A DNA stretch of 64,000 nucleotides from Octopus vulgaris (lineage: Eukaryota): contig OX597838.1 of assembly GCA_951406725.2 (NCBI GenBank), positions 32,860,001 to 32,924,000 on the forward strand, written 5' to 3'. Under the pieces are notes generated by a model. It saw nothing but the letters and a program-made list of their open reading frames with translations, had not been told where the DNA came from and searched no databases. The position numbers and the translations under genes are program-made. Positions 52,903 through 64,000 of this stretch are shown here, piece by piece; the first letter of the stretch is position 1; each line of letters begins with the position of its first letter.

Positions 52903-53670
52903 AGAATCGAAATCGATCAATGGAAATTGCAGATGTGTTACCAGTGCCGGTGGCATGTAAGAGAACCTTCCGTTTCGTGACCGTTGCCAGCGCCGCCCCG
53001 ACTGGCCTCGTGCCGGTGGCATGTAAAAAGCACCATCCGTTCGTGTCCGTTGCCAGCCTCGCCTGGCCCTCGTGCCGGTGGCACATAAAAAGCACCATCC
53101 ATTTGTGGCCGTTTGCCAGCTCTGTCTGGCACCTGTGCGGGTGGCACGTAAAAAGCACCCACTACACTCACGGAGTGGTTGGCGTTAGGAAGGGCATCCA
53201 GCCGTAGAAACACTGCCAGATTTGACTGGGCCTGATGAAGCCTTCTGGCTTCACAGACCCCAGTAGAACTGTCCAACCCATGCTAGCATGGAAAACGGAC
53301 GCTAAACGATGATGATGATGAATAATATAAAAACTGGGGGAGCATCATATCCTTGTGTTGAAAGGAATTCTTGGAGGTTTGGATAATTCACCTTTGGAAA
53401 CATGGGTGGTTTGTTCAACATCCTTAAACAATCCTTATTCAAGGACCTTTTGAGCGGGATGGGCTACTCGACCAGAAGAAAATTCTAACTATGCCCCAGC
53501 TGCAAGGTCATGCGCTGTTTATCTTGATATGAGATCACCTTCTGACGCACATATGGTTGTGATGCATGTGCCTGGTGTACCCTTATCAGACAGGTAGTCA
53601 TGATGGGTATACTGGGCTTTGTATATTTTACCCTAGTGTCACTTTGATGGCATGCACTGCTCTCTCACTC

Positions 53671-53701
<31 letters not shown>

Positions 53702-53772
53702 GTAAAAATTAGTAATAATAATAATAATAATAGTAAAAATTAGTAGTAATAATAATAATAGTAAAATTAGTA

Positions 53773-53814
<42 letters not shown>

Positions 53815-54073
53815 GTAAAATTAGTAGTAATAATAATAATAATAAAAATTAGTAATAATAATAATAATAATAATAATAGTAAAAAATAGTAATAATAATA
53901 ATAATAATAATAGTAAAAATTAGTAGTAGTAGTAATAATAATAATAATAATAGTAAAATTAGTAGTAATAATAATAATAATAAAAATTAGTAATAATAAT
54001 AATAATAATAATAATAATAGTAAAATTAGTAGTAATAATAATGTTGCTGATGATGATGATTATCTGTTTTCAG

Positions 54074-54101
54074 GTTCTGTGAAAAGCTGTCCCACCACTA
54101 A

Positions 54102-54132
<31 letters not shown>

Positions 54133-54286
54133 GCAAATAATGATGATGATGTTGTTCATGATGACAATGATATGATTGTTCTTGATGATGATGATGATGA
54201 TGATGAGGTTATCATCAAGCCTAAGAGGAAAGCTGTTATTTTCTCTCCGTCCTCCGATGGCTCCACACCAAGGTCAGAGGTGAAAG
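54074..54286 (+). CDS. FANCM: FANCM exon 13, copy b
   Basis: 213 bp, identical splice sites, open frame. Confidence 0.7.
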
Positions 54287-54374
54287 GTAATAGGCTATTT
54301 AGACATATTTAGTGTGACCTAATTGGCTGACTGGTCAGTTGGTTGGCCCTCTGGCCACTGTCCAATGACTGAAG

Positions 54375-54430
<56 letters not shown>

Positions 54431-55263
54431 AGAATCGAAATCGATCAATGGAAATTGCAGATGTGTTACCAGTGCCGGTGGCATGTAAGAGAACCTTCCG
54501 TTTCGTGACCGTTGCCAGCGCCGCCCCGACTGGCCTCGTGCCGGTGGCATGTAAAAAGCACCATCCGTTCGTGTCCGTTGCCAGCCTCGCCTGGCCCTCG
54601 TGCCGGTGGCACATAAAAAGCACCATCCGTTTGTGGCCGTTTGCCAGCTCTGTCTGGCACCTGTGCGGGTGGCACGTAAAAAGCACCCACTACACTCACG
54701 GAGTGGTTGGCGTTAGGAAGGGCATCCAGCCGTAGAAACACTGCCAGATTTGACTGGGCCTGATGAAGCCTTCTGGCTTCACAGACCCCAGTAGAACCGT
54801 CCAACCCATGCTAGCATGGAAAACGGACGCTAAACGATGATGATGATGAATAATATAAAAACTGGGGGAGCATCATATCCTTGTGTTGAAAGGAATTCTT
54901 GGAGGTTTGGATAATTCACCTTTGGAAACATGGGTGGTTTGTTCAACATCCTTAAACAATCCTTATTCAAGGACCTTTTGAGCGGGATGGGCTACTCGAC
55001 CAGAAGAAAATTCTAACTATGCCCCAGCTGCAAGGTCATGCGCTGTTTATCTTGATATGAGATCACCTTGTGACGCACATATGGTTGTGATGCATGTGCC
55101 TGGTGTACCCTTATCAGACAGGTAGTCATGATGGGTATACTGGGCTTTGTATATTTTACCCCAGTGTCACTTTGATGGCATGCACTGCTCTCTCACTCAA
55201 TAATAATAATAATAATAATAATAGTAAAAATTAGTAGTAATAATAATAATAGTAAAATTAGTA

Positions 55264-55299
<36 letters not shown>

Positions 55300-55428
55300 G
55301 TAAAATTAATAGTAATAATAATAATAGTAAAATTAGTAGTAATAATAATAATAATAATAATAAAAATTAGTAATAATAATAATAATAATAAAAATTAGTA
55401 ATAATAATAATAATAATAATAGTAAAAA

Positions 55429-55459
<31 letters not shown>

Positions 55460-55650
55460 TAGTAATAATAATAATAATAATTAATAATAGTAAAAATTAG
55501 TAGTAGTAGTAATAATAATAATAATAATAGTAAAATTAGTAGTAATAATAATAATAATAAAAATTAGTAGTAATAATAATAATAATAATAATAATAGTAA
55601 AATTAGTAGTAATAATAATGTTGCTGATGATGATGATTATCTGTTTTCAG

Positions 55651-55857
55651 GTTCTGTGAAAAGCTGTCCCACCACTAACACTACTACTACTACTACTACT
55701 ACTACTGCAAATAATGATGATGATGTTGTTCATGATGACAATGATATGATTGTTCTTGATGATGATGATGATGATGAGGTTATCATCAAGCCTAAGAGGA
55801 GAGCTGTTATTTTCTCTCCGTCCTCCGATGGCTCCACACCAAGGTCAGAGGTGAAAG
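55651..55857 (+). CDS. FANCM: FANCM exon 13, copy c
   Basis: 207 bp, identical splice sites, open frame. Confidence 0.7.
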
Positions 55858-55945
55858 GTAATAGGCTATTTAGACATATTTAGTGTGACCTGATTGGCTG
55901 ACTGGTCAGTTGGTTGGCCCTCTGGCCACTGTCCAATGACTGAAG

Positions 55946-55989
<44 letters not shown>

Positions 55990-56757
55990 AGAATCGAAAT
56001 CGATCAATGGAAATTGCAGATGTGTTACCAGTGCCGGTGGCATGTAAGAGAACCTTCCGTTTCGTGACCGTTGCCAGCGCCGCCCCGACTGGCCTCGTGC
56101 CGGTGGCATGTAAAAAGCACCATCCGTTCGTGTCCGTTGCCAGCCTCGCCTGGCCCTCGTGCCGGTGGCACATAAAAAGCACCATCCGTTTGTGGCCGTT
56201 TGCCAGCTCTGTCTGGCACCTGTGCGGGTGGCACGTAAAAAGCACCCACTACACTCACGGAGTGGTTGGCGTTAGGAAGGGCATCCAGCCGTAGAAACAC
56301 TGCCAGATTTGACTGGGCCTGATGAAGCCTTCTGGCTTCACAGACCCCAGTAGAACTGTCCAACCCATGCTAGCATGGAAAACGGACGCTAAACGATGAT
56401 GATGATGAATAATATAAAAACTGGGGAAGCATCATATCCTTGTGTTGAAAGGAATTCTTGGAGGTTTGGATAATTCACCTTTGGAAACATGGGTGGTTTG
56501 TTCAACATCCTTAAACAATCCTTATTCAAGGACCTTTTGAGCGGGATGGGCTACTCGACCAGAAGAAAATTCTAACTATGCCCCAGCTGCAAGGTCATGC
56601 GCTGTTTATCTTGATATGAGATCACCTTGTGACGCACATATGGTTGTGATGCATGTGCCTGGTGTACCCTTATCAGACAGGTAGTCATGATGGGTATACT
56701 GGGCTTTGTATATTTTACCCCAGTGTCACTTTGATGGCATGCACTGCTCTCTCATTC

Positions 56758-56791
<34 letters not shown>

Positions 56792-56873
56792 GTAAAAATT
56801 AGTAATAATAATAATAATAATAGTAAAAATTAGTAGTAATAATAATAATAGTAAAATTAGTAGTAATAATAAT

Positions 56874-57410
56874 ACTCTGACGAAATAGAAGGGGATATAG
56901 CTTCACTTAATGTGGAAGACAACTGGAGATTCCTACGGGACAATCTGCTGACAGCCACTGACCAGATCTGTGGATGGAGCAAAGTACCATCTCGACCCAG
57001 AGTAACATGGTGGTGGAACACGGTGGTTGACGGGGCTATTAGACAAAAGAGACAGGCTTGGAAGGACTGGAAGAACGGTGGTAGCAGGGAATTGTATCAG
57101 ACAGCCAAAAGGGAAGCTAGGAGACAGGTTTATATAGCCAGAGGGGAAGCGGATAAGAAAAAAATTTGCCAATGTTCTGAGCCGTGAGGATGAAAGACTG
57201 TCTGGCACCTGTGCGGGTGGCACGTAAAAAGCACCCACTACACTCACGGAGTGGTTGGCGTTAGGAAGGGCATCCAGCCGTAGAAACACTGCCAGATTTG
57301 ACTGGGCCTGATGAAGCCTTCTGGCTTCACAGACCCCAGTAGAACCGGCCTATCCATGCTAGCATGGAAAGCGGACGCTAAACGACGATGATGATGATGA
57401 TGATGATGAT
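56874..57410 (+). mobile_element. RTE LINE internal fragment joined directly to a LINE 3' end
   Basis: W..LRDNLL.A...CG....TWWWN..V..AI..KR.AWK.W linker region, then 3' UTR and (GAT)n tail. Confidence 0.7.
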
Positions 57411-57573
57411 GATATATATATATAGGCACAGTTGTGGCTGTGTGGTAAGAAGCTGGCTTCAGGTTCAGTCCCATTGCATGGCACCTTGGGCAAGTGTCTT
57501 TCTTCTACTATAGCTGTGGGCTGTCCAAAGCCTTGTGAGTAGATTTGGTAGACGGAAAAAGAAAGAAGCCCAT

Positions 57574-57609
<36 letters not shown>

Positions 57610-57674
57610 CATACATACATACACACACACACACATATATATGGCCACAGCTTGTGAGCTGAAACTAAATAAAA

Positions 57675-57757
<83 letters not shown>

Positions 57758-58311
57758 CATACACATATATATAATATATATATATAATAATAATAATATA
57801 TATATATATGTGTGTGTGTATCTGTGTTTGCTCCCCACCATCGCTGGACAATTGATGTTGGTGTGTTTATGTCCCTGTAACTTACAAAGAATAAGTCCTG
57901 GGCTCAATTTCTTTGACTAAACACACTTTAAGGCAGTGCTCCAGCATGGCTGCAGACAAATGACTGAAACAAATAAAAGAGTATGTATGTATATCTATAT
58001 CTGTTTCTGCCCTCATTCTAGATCACCCCCCTCTCTCTCTCTTTGACTGGGTAACCATGTATATCCTCTACAGCATGACACCTGTTCTTGTCTCTCTGTC
58101 ATGCTCTGACCCTTCCATCAGCTGGCACCAGATCTCCTCTCAAATGCCCCCCTCCCTTCTTAGAGGACCTTTGTCTTGGAAGTTACTTGGTGACTCCTAC
58201 CAGTGCTGATGTCACACAAAGGGCTTCCAGTCTGTACTGTGAAGGAGTTGGTGTTTGGAAGGGCATCCTGTTGTAAAAACCCTGCCAAAACTGATCTTGC
58301 CTGTGTTGAAG

Positions 58312-58542
58312 CATATTCTGGTGTGTCTGGGGAGAGTCATTCTCTTTTGGTGCCTTATTATTTAACACACTCACTGGTAAAATTTCCACTTATTTCGTCT
58401 TTCAAGACTATTGAAAAGGTTGCAAGATGCAACGAAAATTTTAGGAAAATAAAAGAAGAAATAAGTGGAAATTTTATCGGTGTCTGTGTTAAATTATAAG
58501 GCATCAAAAGAGAATGACTCTCCCCAGACATAACAGAATATG
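58312..58542. mobile_element. Fold-back element with hammerhead-like centre
   Basis: ~85-bp inverted arms 58312-58396 / 58458-58542. Confidence 0.65.
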
Positions 58543-59634
58543 GCTATATATAAACTTTTAGGTAGTGGGTAGCGATTGTCTTCACTACTTCAGGGAGTGA
58601 CGACCCTGCCTGACACGAATCCCGGGCTCAGCTGGCTCCGGCTGACAGTACCCGGTATGGGTCCCTATTCAGGGTTACGGAAAGGAGATAATCTTCAAAG
58701 AAATCTGGAGTGAAGAGGAGCCCCATAAGCGGTTTAGTGTTCGACTCGACACTCTTCTGGCAGCTCCTGCAACTAAGCTGGTGCCAAATGTGATGCTCTG
58801 CACTCCTTTGGACTACGTCAGCAAGGTCGAGAGAGGAATCCTGACGATTGGGCTACCCAGGATTTTCTTACATCTAGCCCAGGCCTGCGCAAAACTGGAG
58901 AGGACATGAAATTTAAAAACCAGACTGGATTAGTTTATGCGCAACTCTATTGTCTCCCAAGACAAGAGGATGCCAACAACAATATATAAGCTTAATGGTA
59001 ACAAAAGTCTGGATGCATGGCATCCATTTACTCAATAAATAAAAAATGTGTTCATCATCATCGTTTAACATCCGCTTTCCATGCTGGCATGGGTTGGACG
59101 ATTTTGACTGAGGGTTGGCGAACCAGATGGCTGCACCAGGCTCCAATTTTGATCTGGCAGAGTTTCTACAGCTGGATGCCCTTCCTAACGCCAACCACTC
59201 TGAGAGTGTAGTGGGTGCTTTTTACGTGCCACCGGTATGGGGGCCAGTCAGGCGGTACTGGCAACAACCTCGCTCGAATCTTTTTACACATGCCACTGGC
59301 ACAGGTGTCAGTAAGGCAGCGTTGGTAACAATCACACTCGAATGCTGCCCTTTTATGTACCACAGCACGGGGGCCAGTCAGGCGGTACTGGCAATGAGTA
59401 ACGTGGCATTGGTAACGATCATGCTCAAATGGTGCCCTTTTACTTGCCACTGGCATGGAAGCTAGTTGGCTGCTCTGGCAACAATCACACTCGTATGGTG
59501 TTACCCTAATTCTTCGCATATCCACGGCACCTACAAAATTTGCAGAGAATTAGGGCTCAAGCAAGCAAAATGATACAGATTGGATGTATGAAGGTAAACG
59601 AAAGTAATTTAAAACAATTGACAAAGATGAGTCA

Positions 59635-60174
59635 AGGGTGAGTCAAAAAGTAATGCTATTTTGTTTAGGTATAGTTACCAACACAGAAACATGTATCATA
59701 CATCAAAATGAAGCTGGTCCTCTGTGGATCATATCCCTACTTCTCAACATAGTCACCGTTTCTCTCAATAGTAATGTTCTGCCTTCGAATGTGAGCATGT
59801 ATCCCTGCCCCGTAAAATTCTGTTGACTGTTCTTTGAGCCACTTCTTCACTACAGTTTTCACTTCCTCGTCCCTGGACTATCATTTCTTTGGCCCCATGA
59901 ATGAGGGTTTGAGAGGCAAACATTATTCCAGTGACAAGGTAGTGAAAACTGTAGTGAAGAAGTGGCTCAAAGAACAGTCAACAGAATTTTACAGGGCAGG
60001 GATACATGTTCTCATTCGAAGGTGGAACATTGCTATTGAGAGAAACGGTGACTATGTTGAGAAGTAGGGATGTGATCCACAGAGGACCAGCTTTCTTTTG
60101 ATGTATGATACATGTTCCTGTGTTGGTAATTATACCTGTCCTAAACAAAATGGCTTTACTTTTTGACTCACCCT
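59635..60174. mobile_element. mariner-derived fold-back MITE (two inverted 3' ends)
   Basis: agggtgagtcaaaaagta / tactttttgactcaccct termini; ~230-bp arms; DYHFFGPMNEGLRGKHY...RRWNIAIERNGDYVEK transposase C-terminus. Confidence 0.85.
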
Positions 60175-60531
60175 CATATATATCTGTCTGTGTGTATGTG
60201 TGTCTATATTGGAGTGTGTGTGTGTACTTAAGTGTATATGTATGTATGTATGTATCTGGCTTGTGTGTGCATGTCTGTGTGTGTGTTGTCTGTTAATGCT
60301 CTCATGTATGTCTCTATATGTGTGTGTGGGTTTGTTGCGATTGTGTATGTCAATCAGTATGTGTGTGTGTGTGAGTATGTTTTGGCAGTGTGTGTGTTCA
60401 CTCTCATTTCTAATGTACCTCCTCTAACCTCTCTCCCTCTCTCTGATCACCACCATGACCATCCCTGTTGAAACATCTGTGTACACACAAAGGCATTACT
60501 ATCAAGCGTCTTACTTTCTCTTTTTGAACAG

Positions 60532-60590
60532 GTCGCCGTGGTACCAATCCTTCAGCCACTGGGCTGCTTTCCAGTGATTTAGACTCACCT
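60532..60590 (+). CDS. FANCM: FANCM exon 14
   Basis: tttgaacag|GT...CCT|gtaagt, phase 1-0; GRRGTNPSATGLLSSDLDSP. Confidence 0.72.
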
Positions 60591-61330
60591 GTAAGTAACT
60601 TATTTTCTTGTCTAGCAGTAGTACATACACACAGACAAATACACACACCAAAGGAAATAACCCATTCGCTCCTGGAAGGGATCCTTATATATAGCCAAGG
60701 GAAATAATCCATTCATGTTCATAAATTATTTAGTAAAAGTGAAATTGAGTATGCTTATTTCTTAGTATTTGAACTGTTAGAGTTATTTTCACAATTTATC
60801 CACTACAACCCTTAAACAAGTAAATAGTATTTCCTAAACAATAGATCCACTTATTTCAGTTAGTGACTTATTTATGAATATACCAACACTAGCGCCCCTG
60901 AGAGTAATATTCTCTGGGAATGCACAAAAGCCCTTTTCAGAGTTATTTACTTTGAATTGTTATTATCTCATATCTGATTAACCTGTTATTAAGTAACATG
61001 CTTCATGATTTTAGTATACATACCTTATTAGTATCTCCTCCTATGTTCTATATACTCTGGGAACGCATTAAAGCCCTTTTCAGGGCTACTTTATTTGAAT
61101 TATTACTATCGGGGAACTAATTTCATGTTATTACATAACTGACTTCACAATTTGGGTATTCATAACTTATTGAGAATTCCTAAAAACAAGATCCTGTGTA
61201 AGACAGTTCGGTATTCTCTGTAAATGCACAAAATTCGTTTTAAGGGCTACGTACTTTCTATTGTTGTTATTGGACTAGCGTAACACTTATGAGAGCGGAT
61301 TCCCGGGAATTACCGGGTATGTGTCAGCTG

Positions 61331-61384
<54 letters not shown>

Positions 61385-61646
61385 ATGATGATGATGATGA
61401 TGATATACGTTTTTATTATTATTTTGCAATTTACTTAATCATCGGTATATTATTGTTATTTTAATTTTAATATTTCTATTATATGCAATTTTCTAGATGG
61501 TGTAATTTAATTGTTCATTTTGAATTGATAAAAGGTGGTTTTTTTCTAATTTTTATATATATATATTATATTTTGTGAAATTTGATTTAGTATTTCTAAA
61601 TTGAATTTTTCCTTGTAAGTTAGGAATAATATTCCCTCAAATAATA

Positions 61647-61683
<37 letters not shown>

Positions 61684-61782
61684 TCACAATTGTTACACTT
61701 AGTGACAATTGAATTTTTCCTTTTCGGTTTTATATCGAGTCTAGCCAATGGGATTTATCTGAACCATCCAGCGATGGGGTAG

Positions 61783-61831
61783 TCACAATTGATGAGCTTT
61801 AATTTTAAGCAAAACTAGACTAGTATGGTGA
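61783..61831 (+). ncRNA. Degenerate type-I hammerhead ribozyme motif
   Basis: tcacaa-TTGATGA-gctt..aagc-AAAA-ctag a ctag-TA-tggtga. Confidence 0.55.
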
Positions 61832-62022
61832 GATCGTTTATCTGTGGGGAGGTTACCTCCCCTGTCACTGCATAAACATGTGCTTTTTGTTGTGGCTCTG
61901 ATGGTCTTTAACTCTTATTTCTAGCAATGTAGGTGCTACCCTGCTCCCTCAGTCTCATTTGATTACAATTAAATTATTCCTTTTAGGTTTTATATTGCAT
62001 ATACCTGCCTTTGATCTTTTAG

Positions 62023-62116
62023 GTGACAATAAATAGAGTTGAGAATAAGAAGAGATTTACAGGGAAAAAACGTAGAGTCATTGAAGACGAGTCAAATGAG
62101 TCTGACTTTGAAAATG
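62023..62116 (+). CDS. FANCM: FANCM exon 15 (gene continues beyond the window)
   Basis: ttttag|GTG...AATG|gtaagg, phase 0-1; KKRRVIEDESNESDFE, like the DSP..KKRR..SSDESE segment of vertebrate FANCM. Confidence 0.72.
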
Positions 62117-62581
62117 GTAAGGTTTCTTTTGGTAAGATTTCTTACTGATATTTTACAGATATTTCCTTTTTAAATGTTTTTTGGTTAATCTAGAGAATGA
62201 GGAAGGACAGTGCCCATCACCTGTGTAGGGTGCCACATTCCCAGATTGGTAAGTTTGGTGCAGTTAGTTTTTCCCAGTTTGTACACAACACAGTCATCAT
62301 CACCAATATCATTATCGTTTTTACGTCTACTTTTCAATGCTTGCATGGGTCGGATGGAATTTTACTGAGGTAGATTTTTTTCTGCAGCCAGGTGTTCCTT
62401 CATGTTGCCAGCTCTCACCTTGTTTCCAAGCAAGGTAATATTTCCCCATAGCCAGACATGATTTTTCACAGAAAACTGGAAACAAACAACTTCAGTTGTT
62501 TATAACCTTGCACACACACACACACACACACTTATATGTTTATGAGTCATTTGTTGGTAATGTTTTCTGTCTATATGTATG

Positions 62582-62628
<47 letters not shown>

Positions 62629-62640
62629 CAACGCCATCTG

Positions 62641-62710
62641 GCCAGATAACCGAAGAGATGGTGTTGTGGATTTCTACTTCAGCATCCGAAACTCAGAGTT
62701 TTATCTTGGC
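62641..62710 (+). ncRNA. Type-I hammerhead ribozyme-like motif (U4C variant)
   Basis: gccagataa-CCGAAGA-gatg..catc c-GAAA-ctc a gag-TT-ttatcttggc. Confidence 0.6.
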
Positions 62711-62807
62711 TATTGAATAATGGTAACATATTAATTTACAGATAAATTTCCTCTATTTTACATAATATATATATGTATACATATGTGTGTGTATATATAT
62801 ATATTTC

Positions 62808-62844
<37 letters not shown>

Positions 62845-62846
<2 letters not shown>

Positions 62847-63392
62847 GCTGCCCCCTCGTTATCGAGTATGGCCATTGCACGAAGCTTAATCAATGTTGTT
62901 ATCATGCAACGCCTGTGCAAGAAGATTTTTTTAAAGTAAGGAAAGGCTGTGCACTAAGTCAATCCCACTCACTAAGCAACAGCAGCCATAATCGGAAAAG
63001 AAGAACAAGTCAACATCATCGGTAACCACTGAGCCGCAGGTTTTATGTCGGAGTTATCCCAGTTACCTGAGTTACCTTCTCCTAGAAGGATGTCCTAACA
63101 AAGGCTAGGAGTCCTTCACTCCCAATGGTTTAACCGCGCGATCGGGTATTCAGTCCGATTATTTCTATGTCCCCGTGCATGATACAGCCTTAAGACGTTT
63201 ATTGAATGGCCGTTGACTCTCAAGAGTTCCTCCGCCCTTTGACGAGTTTTGTTTTTCATCCCGCAGGGTGTCCAATAAACACCCTCCACACCAAGCAAGC
63301 TTGGTGGGGTTACTGGTTTAGTCGCCGACGACCCGACCATGCAACAGGTTGTACTGGGTTACATGTTACCAGTAGCACTCAAAAGTGACCTG
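62845..63392 (-). mobile_element. Probable RTE-derived non-autonomous retroposon with structured 5' end
   Basis: GC-rich island between (TA)n tracts; minus strand has several hairpins and a tctaggagaagg motif I associate with RTE 5' UTRs. Confidence 0.4.
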
Positions 63393-63482
<90 letters not shown>

Positions 63483-63740
63483 GTGTGTATATACATATAT
63501 ATATATCTCAAAATAAGCAACAAGGATATCCAGAGGTAATGCAGTATGATCGTTTCATGTGATTCCATTTGATTGAACAATGCAATCATTTCATTACATC
63601 AATTTAAAATGTAGAGCAATCTTCAGCTGCACAAAGACATAGAATTTAATTAAATTAGAACAGATGGACACGTTAGTATAATTATACCTAAAATCTCCAA
63701 GAGGCTAAAGAGATAGACAAAGAATATGTTTTACCAACAA

Positions 63741-63778
<38 letters not shown>

Positions 63779-64000
63779 AACTTCTTTCAATTTTCGTTTA
63801 CCAAATCCACTCACAAGGCTTTGGTCGGGTCAAGGTTATAGCAGAAGACACTTGCCCAAGGTGCCTGTTTGATAACTGGTGTTTGTTTGTTTACATCCCT
63901 GTAAATTAGTAGTTTGGCAAAAGAGATTAATAGAATAGGTAATGTGGTCAGGTTATTCGATTAAAACTTTCAGTCGAATGACTGAAACAAGTAAAAGGTA

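Larger units (their letters stand above)
51336..56873 (+). repeat. Tandem array of ~1.55-kb units (3 full + 1 partial), each full unit containing a FANCM exon
   Basis: Units start at cagaatcgaaatcg 51336, 52902, 54430, 55989; order: LINE 3' end, second repeat, (AAT/AGT)n satellite, exon, (TA)n. Confidence 0.93.

Noticed and set aside
63530-63600. Minus-strand GAAACGATCATA half-site (similar half-sites near 10270-10345)
   Set aside because: No recognisable CTGANGA partner; at most Penelope-like debris.

Overview
Repeat-rich, AT-rich animal DNA. The SINE/LINE families and (TA)n/(ATT)n/(GAT)n microsatellites look like an octopus/cephalopod genome (inference). Two spliced + strand genes can be reconstructed with phase-consistent GT-AG junctions. 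The first is the last two coding exons of UBE2J2 (Ubc6-type tail-anchored E2; 1671-4138). The second is FANCM, from its ATG (18058) through the complete DEAH helicase domain, a 2.6-kb low-complexity exon and further exons to 62116; the gene runs off the window before the ERCC4 domain. Most ORFs in the track are microsatellite or retroposon artefacts. Highlights: (1) a frame-symmetric FANCM exon is present in three slightly different tandem copies inside a ~1.55-kb unit array; (2) four type-I hammerhead-ribozyme-like motifs of Penelope/retrozyme style sit in FANCM introns, two with the core 3-8 base pair swapped (G3-C8, U3-A8) inside fold-back elements; (3) the MHF-binding segment of FANCM is not visible; (4) an RTE LINE 3' UTR carries a 15-unit hairpin array. 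Also present: Merlin-like MITEs with 8-bp TSDs, a deleted piggyBac, mariner remnants and many SINEs.
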